From: a virus
Lineage: Duplodnaviria > Heunggongvirae > Uroviricota > Caudoviricetes
Length of the DNA: 64,000 nucleotides
Virus record (IMG/VR): IMGVR_UViG_2778261139_000002
Coordinates: 22,595-86,594 of that record
Direction: 5' to 3' (one strand)
The position numbers were made by a program, and so were the translations under genes. The notes beneath the pieces were generated by a model. The model saw nothing but the letters and a program-made list of their open reading frames with translations, was not told the origin of the DNA and did no database searches. Positions within the stretch are counted from its first letter, which is position 1; each line of letters starts with the position of its first letter. This document shows, one piece after another, positions 19,316 to 29,238 of the stretch.

Positions 19316-19422
19316 CATAAGCTCCTTACGCGAAGATAACTTCTTTAAGCATAGCATTTAACGTGTAAAGTACTGTATTTGCTACTATGATTGAGAATCA
19401 TCTCTACTCTCTGGTGACTGTT

Positions 19423-20133
19423 GTGAAATACAAATTACTACCATGCTTACTCGCGATATTCCTCACAGGATGTGACCGCACAGAGGTAACACTTTCATTT
19501 ACCCCTGAGATGGCCAGTTTCTCTAATGAATTCGATTTTGATCCGCTGCGTGGTCCGGTAAAAGATTTCACTCAGACATTAATGGATGAGCAAGGTGAAG
19601 TGACGAAACGTGTTTCTGGGACTTTGTCGGAAGAAGGCTGTTTTGATTCACTCGAATTACTGGATCTGGAAAATAATACCGTGGTCGCTCTGGTACTGGA
19701 TGCCAATTATTACCGTGATGCCGAGACGCTGGAGAAGAGAGTACGTTTACAGGGAAAATGCCAGCTAGCAGAATTACCTTCTGCCGGGGTGAGTTGGGAA
19801 ACCGATGATAATGGCTTCGTGATTAAAGCCAGCAGCAAACAAATGCAGATGGAATATCGCTATGATGATCAGGGTTATCCGCTGGGTAAAACCACGAAAA
19901 GTAACGACAAAACATTATCTGTCAGCGCCACGCCATCAACGGATCCGATCAAAAAATTAGATTACACAGCGGTTACTTTACTGAATAATCAACGAGTTGG
20001 TAATGTAAAACAGAGCTGTGAATATGACAGTCACGCCAATCCGGTGGACTGTCAGCTGATCATTGTTGATGAAGGAGTAAAACCCGCCGTCGAACGGGTT
20101 TACACCATCAAAAATACGATCGATTATTATTAA
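19423..20133 (+). CDS. ynfC: Lipoprotein YnfC
   Basis: Lipobox LTGC; GTG start at 19423 gives 236 aa beginning (M)KYKLLPCLLAIFLTGC; tabulated ATG 19387 is probably too far upstream. Confidence 0.8.
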   Translation: MKYKLLPCLLAIFLTGCDRTEVTLSFTPEMASFSNEFDFDPLRGPVKDFTQTLMDEQGEVTKRVSGTLSEEGCFDSLELLDLENNTVVALVLDANYYRDAETLEKRVRLQGKCQLAELPSAGVSWETDDNGFVIKASSKQMQMEYRYDDQGYPLGKTTKSNDKTLSVSATPSTDPIKKLDYTAVTLLNNQRVGNVKQSCEYDSHANPVDCQLIIVDEGVKPAVERVYTIKNTIDYY

Positions 20134-20135
20134 TG

Positions 20136-20696
20136 CTATTGTGCGGTCGGCTTCAGGAGAGTCTGACCCGGTGTTTTGTGCTCTGCCAGATACTGATGCT
20201 GGAATATACACATGCGAATGGCATTACGATATTGACCATTAATAAAGAACTCGTGCATCAATTCACCTTCAACCGTAAAGCCAAGCTTGCGGTAAATGTG
20301 AATCGCTTTTTCATTCTCTTTATCGACGATCAGATACAGCTTATAGAGATTGAGAACGGTGAAGCCATAGTCCATTGCTAATTTGGCGGCACGGGTTGCC
20401 AGACCTTTCCCCTGATACTCCGGGGAGATAATTATCTGAAATTCTGCCCGGCGATGTACATGGTTAATTTCCACCAGCTCCACCAGACCGGCTTTTTCGC
20501 CGTCACATTCCACCACAAAGCGTCGTTCGCTCTGATCGTGAATATGCTTATCATACAGATCAGAGAGTTCAACAAAGGCTTCGTAGGGTTCCTCAAACCA
20601 GTAACGCATCACACTGGCGTTATTGTCGAGTTGATGTACATAGCGTAAATCTTCACGCTCCAGCGGGCGTAGCTTAACACTGTGGGCGCTTGGCAT
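20136..20696 (-). CDS. speG: Spermidine N1-acetyltransferase
   Basis: 186-aa GNAT protein, sequence recognised ([29 protein letters not shown]...). Confidence 0.9.
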   Translation of the reverse strand: MPSAHSVKLRPLEREDLRYVHQLDNNASVMRYWFEEPYEAFVELSDLYDKHIHDQSERRFVVECDGEKAGLVELVEINHVHRRAEFQIIISPEYQGKGLATRAAKLAMDYGFTVLNLYKLYLIVDKENEKAIHIYRKLGFTVEGELMHEFFINGQYRNAIRMCIFQHQYLAEHKTPGQTLLKPTAQ

Positions 20697-20730
20697 AACG
20701 TGTCCTTACATTCCTTAAATCAATAACAGG

Positions 20731-21072
20731 TTAGGGGGTAATAACGCGGCCAGTTCGACGGTCCAGGCAGCGCAAAGTATTTGGCTCCCAGTAGGCATTG
20801 ATGTTGGCGCTTTGCTCACATTTATCGCGGTTATCAAAAGCGGCGTCGGCTTTATCCCACTCTTTTTCAGTGCGTTTATTCACTTTCTGACGCAGATTGC
20901 GCGTGTCATTCCATTGCTCTTTTTCCATAGCGGCGTGCTGGCGGCTTTGTGCACTGTCGCCAGACTCAATCACCAGTTTGTTAGTTTCGGCATGAACAGT
21001 TGTGCTCAGTGCCAGTGCGCAAGGCAGCAGAAAAGCGAGCAGGCCGATTCGTTTGCTGAGAGTGATTTTCAT
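20731..21072 (-). CDS. ynfB: UPF0482-type secreted protein YnfB
   Basis: 113 aa with signal peptide; conserved position between speG and ynfA. Confidence 0.85.
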
Positions 21073-21206
21073 AATTCATTCCCTGTATGAATGATTAAAG
21101 GAGATTCTACACCATCCACTGCGAACGCAAAACGTACCAGGAGGGTGTTTATATTGATGATATTATGTCGCCCTATAACTATACATGATGTCAATAAGTG
21201 ACAAAG

Positions 21207-21533
21207 ATGATTAAAACAACGTTACTATTTTTTGCTACTGCGCTGTGTGAAATTATTGGATGCTTTCTGCCCTGGTTGTGGTTAAAACGAAACGCCAGTA
21301 TCTGGCTGTTGCTTCCGGCGGGGATTTCACTGGCGCTGTTTGTCTGGTTGTTAACGTTGCATCCAGCGGCGAGTGGGCGTGTTTACGCGGCTTATGGTGG
21401 CGTTTATGTCTGCACGGCGTTGATGTGGCTGCGCGTTGTGGATGGCGTGAAACTGACTCTTTATGACTGGACGGGTGCGTTGATTGCGCTTTGCGGCATG
21501 TTGATCATTGTTGCGGGCTGGGGGCGCACGTAG
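21207..21533 (+). CDS. ynfA: Small inner-membrane protein YnfA (UPF0060)
   Basis: 108 aa from internal Met MIKTTLLFF; four hydrophobic segments. Confidence 0.85.
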
Positions 21534-21738
21534 GAACATAAATCCATTTTATCAATAAGATAAGAGGAAGTGTCAGCTGACAAAAGGTATTCTATTTCAT
21601 CTTTTGTCAACCATTCACAGCGCAAATATACGCCTTTTTTTGTGATCACTCCGGCTTTTTTCGATCTTCATACTTGTATGGTAGTAGCTCAGTTGCGTAG
21701 ATTTCATGCATCACGACAAGCGATGCAAGGAATCGAAC

Positions 21739-22953
21739 ATGAAGATCGTAAAGGCTGAAGTTTTTGTTACCTGTCCGGGGCGTAATTTCGTCACATTAAA
21801 AATCACCACTGAGGACGGTATTACGGGCCTTGGGGATGCCACCCTCAATGGACGTGAGCTTTCCGTGGCCTCTTATTTGCAGGATCACCTTTGTCCGCAG
21901 CTTATTGGTCGCGATGCGCACCGTATCGAAGATATCTGGCAGTTTTTCTATAAAGGTGCTTACTGGCGTCGCGGTCCGGTTACGATGTCGGCCATTTCAG
22001 CGGTTGATATGGCGCTGTGGGATATTAAAGCCAAAGCTGCCAACATGCCGCTTTACCAGTTACTCGGCGGCGCGTCTCGTGAAGGGGTGATGGTTTATTG
22101 CCATACCACCGGTCACAGTATTGATGAAGCTCTGGATGATTATGCCCGTCATCAGGAGCTGGGATTCAAAGCCATCCGCGTGCAGTGCGGAATCCCTGGT
22201 ATGAAAACCACCTACGGCATGTCGAAAGGTAAAGGTCTGGCTTATGAACCCGCAACCAAAGGACAGTGGCCGGAAGAGCAGCTGTGGTCGACGGAGAAAT
22301 ACCTCGATTTCATGCCGAAATTGTTTGACGCGGTACGTAACAAGTTTGGTTTTAATGAACATTTGCTGCATGACATGCACCATCGCTTAACGCCTATTGA
22401 AGCGGCGCGCTTTGGTAAAAGCATTGAAGATTATCGCATGTTCTGGATGGAAGACCCGACGCCTGCAGAAAACCAGGAATGCTTCCGTCTCATTCGCCAA
22501 CATACCGTCACACCCATCGCAGTGGGTGAAGTCTTCAACAGCATCTGGGACTGCAAACAACTGATTGAAGAGCAACTCATCGATTATATCCGCACCACGC
22601 TGACCCATGCAGGCGGAATTACCGGTATGCGCCGGATTGCCGATTTTGCTTCGCTGTATCAGGTACGTACTGGCTCACACGGTCCTTCCGATTTGTCACC
22701 AGTCTGCATGGCTGCAGCGCTGCACTTTGATCTGTGGGTCCCCAATTTCGGTGTCCAGGAATACATGGGTTATTCCGAACAAATGCTCGAAGTCTTCCCG
22801 CACAACTGGACTTTCGATAACGGCTATATGCATCCGGGAGACAAACCGGGTCTTGGCATCGAATTCGATGAAAAGCTGGCGGCGAAATATCCCTATGAAC
22901 CTGCTTATCTACCAGTCGCACGTCTGGAAGATGGCACGCTGTGGAACTGGTAA
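21739..22953 (+). CDS. rspA: Starvation-sensing protein RspA (enolase-superfamily dehydratase)
   Basis: 404 aa from [27 protein letters not shown]; enolase-superfamily composition. Confidence 0.9.
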
Positions 22954-22964
22954 GGAGTAAGATA

Positions 22965-23984
22965 ATGAAAAGCATATTAATTGAAAAACCGAATCAACTG
23001 GCGATTGTCGAACGTGAAATACCCACCCCGTCAGCGGGTGAAGTACGAGTAAAAGTGAAACTTGCCGGAATTTGTGGTTCTGATAGCCATATTTATCGTG
23101 GGCATAATCCTTTTGCGAAATATCCGCGCGTCATTGGACATGAATTCTTTGGCGTCATTGATGCGGTGGGTGACGGCGTGGAAAGCGCCAGAGTCGGTGA
23201 ACGTGTTGCTGTCGATCCGGTGGTCAGCTGTGGGCATTGCTATCCGTGCTCTATAGGTAAACCGAACGTTTGTACGACACTTGCTGTATTAGGTGTGCAC
23301 GCTGACGGTGGTTTCAGTGAATATGCCGTGGTTCCGGCAAAAAATGCGTGGAAAATTCCTGAAGCAGTGGCCGATCAATATGCGGTGATGATCGAACCTT
23401 TTACCATTGCGGCTAACGTAACCGGACATGGTCAACCGACTGAAAATGATACCGTTCTGGTTTATGGTGCCGGTCCAATCGGCCTGACGATCGTTCAGGT
23501 ATTAAAAGGCGTCTATAACGTTAAAAATGTGATTGTTGCCGATCGCATTGATGAACGACTGGAAAAAGCGAAAGAGAGCGGGGCAGACAGGGCGATTAAT
23601 AACAGCCAGACACCGCTTGGCGAGATTTTCGCTGAAAAAGGCATCAAGCCGACATTAATTATCGATGCGGCTTGTCATCCTTCTATCCTGAAAGAGGCCG
23701 TAACGCTGGCTTCTCCAGCGGCACGTATTGTATTGATGGGCTTCTCCAGTGAACCGTCTGAAGTGATTCAGCAAGGAATTACCGGAAAAGAACTCTCTAT
23801 TTTCTCTTCACGCTTAAATGCAAATAAATTTCCGGTTGTTATCGACTGGTTAAGTAAAGGGTTAATTAAACCAGAAAAATTAATTACCCATACGTTTGAT
23901 TTCCAGCATGTTGCTGATGCCATTAGTTTATTTGAACAGGATCAAAAACATTGCTGCAAAGTCTTACTCACTTTTTCTGAATAA
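22965..23984 (+). CDS. rspB: Starvation-sensing protein RspB (zinc-dependent alcohol dehydrogenase family)
   Basis: 339 aa from MKSILIEKPN; GHEFFG and CGHCYPC zinc-ADH motifs. Confidence 0.9.
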   Translation: MKSILIEKPNQLAIVEREIPTPSAGEVRVKVKLAGICGSDSHIYRGHNPFAKYPRVIGHEFFGVIDAVGDGVESARVGERVAVDPVVSCGHCYPCSIGKPNVCTTLAVLGVHADGGFSEYAVVPAKNAWKIPEAVADQYAVMIEPFTIAANVTGHGQPTENDTVLVYGAGPIGLTIVQVLKGVYNVKNVIVADRIDERLEKAKESGADRAINNSQTPLGEIFAEKGIKPTLIIDAACHPSILKEAVTLASPAARIVLMGFSSEPSEVIQQGITGKELSIFSSRLNANKFPVVIDWLSKGLIKPEKLITHTFDFQHVADAISLFEQDQKHCCKVLLTFSE

Positions 23985-24041
23985 TACCAATAACGGCGAG
24001 TAAGTAGTACGCATCTTACCTCTTTTTTAGAGATAACCATT

Positions 24042-24137
24042 ATGACAATAGAAAAACATGAAAGAAGCACTAAGGATTTGGTGAAAGCAGCAGTATCGGG
24101 ATGGCTGGGCACTGCGCTTGAATTTATGGATTTCAAG
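24042..24137 (+). pseudogene. ydfJ: ydfJ 5-prime fragment (MFS transporter gene interrupted by the prophage)
   Basis: MTIEKHERSTKDLVKAAVSGWLGTALEFMDF then divergence and stop; ProP-like WFDF-type motif cut at the junction. Confidence 0.6.
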
Positions 24138-24171
24138 AGTCATACGTGTCAACTATTTGATAAATATTAAA

Positions 24172-25467
24172 TTAATTTTTCATTGCTTCGTTATGGGGCA
24201 TGGTTGGGGCAAACTCGCTTAACTGTGTATTTAACAAAGCTACCTGTGCATTATTGTTTTCAGACATCCATTTTCCGTATACCTGAAATACCATTTGCGC
24301 ATCTGCATGGCCCATCTGGTTTGCTATAAATGCCGGGTTAGCACCAGCTGTCAGCGACCAGCAGGCATAAGTATGTCTCGACTGATATGATTTTCGATGG
24401 CGGAGTCCGGCACGTTTTATCGCTGCGTCCCACATCTGCCTTATTGAGTCAACGGTAAAATGGTCACCATAATTTTTTACTCTCGCTGACACTTCAGGTT
24501 GAAAAACAAAGGTGCATTTATGTTTTTCTGTTCTGCCATACTCTCTGAGGTGAACATCAATGATATGCTCTTTGCTCAGTCTCGTTAATGTCATCTGACT
24601 CCGGAGAGCGTCGATTGCTGGCTTAATAAGATGAATGACCCGATTGGTTCCCGCCTGTGTTTTTGGTACCGTGAAACGGTCTTTTGCTAAATTTCTCCTG
24701 ATCATCATTGTTCCATTTTTCAGATCTATGTCCTCCCATCCAAGTGCACACAGCTCACCAGGGCGAACGCCAGTATAAACAGAAACACACCATAAATTTT
24801 TGGCTTGCTGATTTCTGCACGCATCGATAAGACGGATGAATTCCTCCCGCGAAAGAGGATCCGGAATGGTTCTTGATTCCTTTAATGGCGAGATCCCCTT
24901 AAACGGGTTATCTGCCAGGTAACCGTTATCAACACCAAACTGGAACACGGCGTTAAGATTTGTCATGTAATTATTTACAGTTACAGCCGATCTCCCTGGT
25001 TGTGTAACAATATAGTTACTTTTGGGGATCTGGTATCCAGTCAGTAGCTCTTTACGAACCTCCAGTAATTTTTCTTTATTAATCGATGAGGCAAGATTTT
25101 TTTCACCGATTATGCTCAGGATATTTTTGATGACGGCACGGTATGTGTTGAGTGATGTTTTTGCGACTTCAGTTTCTTTCAGTGCCAGAAATTTTTCAGC
25201 CAGTTCTTTTATGGTTAAATCTTGTCGGGTCTCACCAAATTTTTCCAGATTGCGTGAGGAGGGAAACTGTTTTGCATAGTCGAAAACACCAGTTTTTATT
25301 GCGTAACAAACAGAGGCGCGTAGCTCACCTGCAACGCGCCTGTTTTTTGCTGTGTCAGGAACCCCCAGGTTTTCCCTGACTCTTACGCCTTTATAAACAA
25401 ACCAGATACGTAATTTCCCTCCATGGTTTTCCACGCCTGTCGGATATTTCATTTCAACTTCTCTCAT
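24172..25467 (-). CDS. Tyrosine integrase (lambda Int family)
   Basis: 431-aa ORF; N-terminal arm-binding-type segment (KYPTGVENHGGKLRIWFVYKG) and C-terminal catalytic domain; true start may be the Met of MKYPTG. Confidence 0.85.
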   Translation of the reverse strand: MREVEMKYPTGVENHGGKLRIWFVYKGVRVRENLGVPDTAKNRRVAGELRASVCYAIKTGVFDYAKQFPSSRNLEKFGETRQDLTIKELAEKFLALKETEVAKTSLNTYRAVIKNILSIIGEKNLASSINKEKLLEVRKELLTGYQIPKSNYIVTQPGRSAVTVNNYMTNLNAVFQFGVDNGYLADNPFKGISPLKESRTIPDPLSREEFIRLIDACRNQQAKNLWCVSVYTGVRPGELCALGWEDIDLKNGTMMIRRNLAKDRFTVPKTQAGTNRVIHLIKPAIDALRSQMTLTRLSKEHIIDVHLREYGRTEKHKCTFVFQPEVSARVKNYGDHFTVDSIRQMWDAAIKRAGLRHRKSYQSRHTYACWSLTAGANPAFIANQMGHADAQMVFQVYGKWMSENNNAQVALLNTQLSEFAPTMPHNEAMKN

Positions 25468-25486
25468 TAGTTAGTGTGGCTTTTAG

Positions 25487-25738
25487 TCAAGTAAGATGAC
25501 GTCTTGGTCTTGCTGATGCCTGGCGCTCAATCCAGCGATCAATTTCTTCCAGGTTGTAAAAGCATGGACTGTTATCCCATGGCATACCGTCATGAGCGAC
25601 ATGCTTATATTCCCTTCCTTCCATAAACGATTTTTCCCGGGCCTTTTTTAACGTACCTTTTTTTATTCCTTTCAGCGCAATTAACTGCTCTTCGGATACC
25701 CATTTGCCGGGAGAGACAATCATGATTACTTCGCTCAT
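25487..25738 (-). CDS. Excisionase-like protein
   Basis: 83 aa, directly upstream of int on the same strand; KWVSEE...GTLKKAREKSFMEGREYKHV pattern recalled from excisionase-like proteins. Confidence 0.65.
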   Translation of the reverse strand: MSEVIMIVSPGKWVSEEQLIALKGIKKGTLKKAREKSFMEGREYKHVAHDGMPWDNSPCFYNLEEIDRWIERQASARPRRHLT

Positions 25739-25810
25739 CGATTTCTTTATCTCTTACATCAGACGAGCGCCGGTTGCAGAATACCAGTCACAACCGGCGA
25801 CAGTTGAACA

Positions 25811-28282
25811 TTAAGAATCAGCCTGACTCGGGATCAGTTTTTGCCAGATAACTGAAACGTATTTTGCCTGGTAACGGGCGTCATCAAGTGCATTATGGCG
25901 CTCACCTTCGAATGGAATAGCCGTTCTGGCATCGAAGTCTATGGCTTTCCCCAGCTCAACGATTGTGCGTACATCGCGATCGTTGTAGTAACGCCACGGG
26001 CAGGGGATCCCCTGCCGTTCGTATGAACGGCGCAAAATCGTGTTGTCGAAGTTGGCTCCATTTCCCCAAACCTGAACAAAAAATTCACCGGAGTTTTCGT
26101 CGATAAATTCCCGCAATTGTAACAGTGCATCATCTAACGGGATTTCATCGGTCATAATGGCAGATTGCGCTTCGCGTGATTGCTTAAGCCACCATTTAAT
26201 GGTGTCCCGATCAATGACTCCGCCAGCAGTTTCCAGATCGATAGTCTTACTAAATTCCGGTCCCATATCTCCGGTTTGCGGATCGAAAAATATTGCACCT
26301 ATTGAGATGATCGGGGCATCAGGATTTTTTCCCATGGTTTCAAGGTCGATCATTAGATGGTCACACGTCCTGCTGGTGGATGTGATTTCGTGATGACCGT
26401 TCACCTTAATTGGGTGATCTGCCGTCTCGCCAGTTTCATTATCGCTATTGTGATGCTGATTGCCGCCAGTGTTCTCCTTGTGTGGATGTTCAGCGCCTTC
26501 CATTTCCTCCGGATCATCTTCCTGAACTTCAACCTGATACTCTTCATCGAATGTTTCTTGGTATGTTGCGTCGCCCATCACCGCGCCACAATCAGGGCAG
26601 TTGCCGCCGCCGGTCTGACCGCAGGCGGTGCAGGCCTTTTCCACTTCCTGGTGCGCCACTGGTTCAGGCTGTTTCGTTTCTGGCTCGTTTTGTAACGCAT
26701 TTGGACTGTTTTGTTCCGCTTTTTGGTAGTTCCGTTCCGATTCATGCTGGTTCTGGTTCACAGAATCGCGGGTCTGGATCCCCTTAACCCATTTCGGATC
26801 ATTCGGGTCACTAATCCCTTCAACAAATTCACCACGTGATGCAGCAAGCAACTTATCGGCGTCAGGCTGGCTGATATTGGCTGCCTGCATAATTTTGTTT
26901 ACTTCGTCAGCGGTAACTTTTATCGGCTCTGGTTGTTCTGAATCTTCAGCGGTATCTACATTTTGCGGTAAGCCCGTGTATGTGCCATTTTTTCGGGCAA
27001 AATATTCTTCTTTTGTGATTTCAGTGGCGCCAGCAGCCACTGCCTTATCCAGACCAGAAAGTTTGTTTGCGCGACCGTATTTTTCTCCGTCCTTATCTGC
27101 GAAGAGGAAATAGAACGGCCCCTCACGCTCTACAGATGGTTCAGCTTCCGGCGCGGTTTCATTTTTTGGGATATCAGATACCTCAGTTTCCACTGCATCA
27201 GTTTGTGTTTCTGATGACTGGAGAACATCAACAGTGCCCAGGTCTGTTTCTTCATTCTCAAACACGCCCTTTGTCGTCAGGTATTCGCAGATATATTTGT
27301 TCAGTGCTACGGGATCTTTGTGAATGTCGATCGGACGCTCACGGACAAGGCCAAAAATAGTTTGGCGGTCGTAGCGAAGGGCATCAGGCTGTTTGCGCAT
27401 TGATGCCGAGATACGCTTCCAGTCTTCGCGGTCGTTGTCGATAACTTCTTTTTTTGCCCAGCGATGGATGCTGCCGTCAATGTTTCCGGCATCCACATCA
27501 CCAGGCCAGAGAGCGTAGGCCAGTTCGTCATCCAGTGTTTTCCATGTCTGCTTGTATTCGCGATGAATGGCAGCAATGACCGGGCTGATTTTTCCTGTTG
27601 AATTTTCAGTGTACTGTTGATTGGCTCTGGCGCGGGCGAGATCAACAACAGACGTGTATTTTCCGGTTTCCTTGCGTTCACCTTCGCGACGTTTTTTCCA
27701 GATGCGCATCTCTGCCTGAATTTCGGGCCATTTAGCACCAGGAATACATTTATGCTTAACCCACCCAATGGCGTGCAACTTAAGCTCCGGATACATGGCG
27801 TTAACTTCTGGCATTTTCATCAACGCTTCAACGATATGTCCGTCGAATGTTGCCATGTCTTCCTGCAACAATTCCTGTGCGCTAATAACCATATCAACGG
27901 TGATGTTTTCACATGTGTCGAACTTAACCATGACAGCGTTCTGTACTTCAGGGGCCAGCTTGTCAAAAGTGACGTTCATCGGATCGGATTCAGTCTCAAC
28001 CGGGACAAAAGAAGCAGACTCCTCATCCCAGCGGTTTTCCTGCATATATTCAGCATCCCATGAATCGAGGGCAGGGCGGGGTATGCCAGGTTTATCCTCG
28101 CAGACAATAAATTTATAAGCGCAGTCCTGAGCAGCCGGATAATGTTCCAGGAACTGCCAGTGAAATTTTGCTCGAGCACGGCGTTCGTCGCCAGCTTCAA
28201 TGGCTGTGGCTACAGCCACAGCGCCTTCTTCCCTTGTTGCCAGTTCGTCAGGAATAGCGGCGCAAATAAAGACTTTACTCAT
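25811..28282 (-). CDS. RecE-like exonuclease, 823 aa, with central zinc ribbon and C-terminal DEDDh-type 3-prime-5-prime exonuclease domain
   Basis: C-terminal DLETMG...ISIGAIFF...HNALDDARYQ motifs; CTACGQTGGGNCPDCG zinc ribbon; position corresponds to the ydfE pseudogene of Qin. Confidence 0.7.
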   Translation of the reverse strand: MSKVFICAAIPDELATREEGAVAVATAIEAGDERRARAKFHWQFLEHYPAAQDCAYKFIVCEDKPGIPRPALDSWDAEYMQENRWDEESASFVPVETESDPMNVTFDKLAPEVQNAVMVKFDTCENITVDMVISAQELLQEDMATFDGHIVEALMKMPEVNAMYPELKLHAIGWVKHKCIPGAKWPEIQAEMRIWKKRREGERKETGKYTSVVDLARARANQQYTENSTGKISPVIAAIHREYKQTWKTLDDELAYALWPGDVDAGNIDGSIHRWAKKEVIDNDREDWKRISASMRKQPDALRYDRQTIFGLVRERPIDIHKDPVALNKYICEYLTTKGVFENEETDLGTVDVLQSSETQTDAVETEVSDIPKNETAPEAEPSVEREGPFYFLFADKDGEKYGRANKLSGLDKAVAAGATEITKEEYFARKNGTYTGLPQNVDTAEDSEQPEPIKVTADEVNKIMQAANISQPDADKLLAASRGEFVEGISDPNDPKWVKGIQTRDSVNQNQHESERNYQKAEQNSPNALQNEPETKQPEPVAHQEVEKACTACGQTGGGNCPDCGAVMGDATYQETFDEEYQVEVQEDDPEEMEGAEHPHKENTGGNQHHNSDNETGETADHPIKVNGHHEITSTSRTCDHLMIDLETMGKNPDAPIISIGAIFFDPQTGDMGPEFSKTIDLETAGGVIDRDTIKWWLKQSREAQSAIMTDEIPLDDALLQLREFIDENSGEFFVQVWGNGANFDNTILRRSYERQGIPCPWRYYNDRDVRTIVELGKAIDFDARTAIPFEGERHNALDDARYQAKYVSVIWQKLIPSQADS

Positions 28283-28375
28283 TTTGTTTTAACCTCATGA
28301 CAGATTTAAGGATGAACAAATCCCTGCCATTGCTGGCATATAAGAATGAAACCGGATATTTATTACGGAACTGTT

Positions 28376-28567
28376 TTAAAGACCTGCCGGGATTTCGATA
28401 TTATCCTGGTGAATAACTTTATCGACCGGGTAACAGTTACCGGGAATTTTCTGTTCGGTTGCTGCAGTCATACACTCCTGCATTGTCCTGTGAACACTGA
28501 CTGCAATATCAACTGGCACTCCGGAAACAAGAAAAACTGTCAGAACAAGCGCAAATGCTGAATTCAT
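28376..28567 (-). CDS. ydfD: Small membrane/lysis protein YdfD
   Basis: 63 aa from MNSAFALVLTVFLVSGVPVD; hydrophobic N terminus; immediately downstream of dicB. Confidence 0.7.
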   Translation of the reverse strand: MNSAFALVLTVFLVSGVPVDIAVSVHRTMQECMTAATEQKIPGNCYPVDKVIHQDNIEIPAGL

Positions 28568-28752
28568 TGTGCACATCCTTTTGGCATCAGACGTAAACGA
28601 GCCAGCATTGAAACAATGCATATTTTATTTAATAGCTCCCGTTCTTGTTTTCTCTTGTTAATGGCATCTTCAGTAAATACAGGGTTACTGATAGTGACAC
28701 CAATTTCAAAACAACCTTCAGACGTATTAACGTTTGGTAATAACGTTTTCAT
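28564..28752 (-). CDS. dicB: Cell-division inhibitor DicB
   Basis: 62 aa MKTLLPNVNTSEGCFEIGVTISNPVFTEDAINKRKQERELLNKICIVSMLARLRLMPKGCAQ, recognised as DicB. Confidence 0.8.
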   Translation of the reverse strand: MKTLLPNVNTSEGCFEIGVTISNPVFTEDAINKRKQERELLNKICIVSMLARLRLMPKGCAQ

Positions 28753-28921
28753 TATCGCGTCCTCAACAATGAATTTTGTGATGCAGTGCCTGGTGCCTCC
28801 AGGTGACGTTAACCAGTTAACAATTAACGTCGGATACAGAGAATCCACCCATAACACTGTTTTTGGTTTTAACTGTTCCGCGTGCGCTTAGCCGTATTCA
28901 CCGCATCACAAAATTCACTTT

Positions 28922-28979
28922 AAAAAGGGCGGCAGAGCAGTCACGGAGTAAAACTGATACCGCCAAACGTCACCAGAAA
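28922..28979 (-). ncRNA. dicF: DicF small RNA (ftsZ-targeting sRNA processed from the dicB operon transcript)
   Basis: Minus-strand sequence TTTCTGGTGACGTTTGGCGGTATCAGTTTTACTCCGTGACTGCTCTGCCGCCCTTTTT matches recalled DicF with 3-prime hairpin and U tract. Confidence 0.75.
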
Positions 28980-29238
28980 ATTGATAACAGAGGGCGTTGC
29001 AGCGGGGTTGTCACTTAAGCGTATGGTCAACCTGACAACCCGGTGTCCTCAACGGGGAAGGAATAACCCCGCCATACTTACCGCCGCGCCATTTTGCGGG
29101 TTGCCACAACCGGAAGCGCACGGTCGAATTAAATTTAACGACACCGTACAGTGAGACGAACTTCGCCGTGCGCTTTCGTGTTGTGTGCCTGCTTTTAACC
29201 ACGTCAGGCGAGGTGGTATCCTTAAAATCACCACAGTT

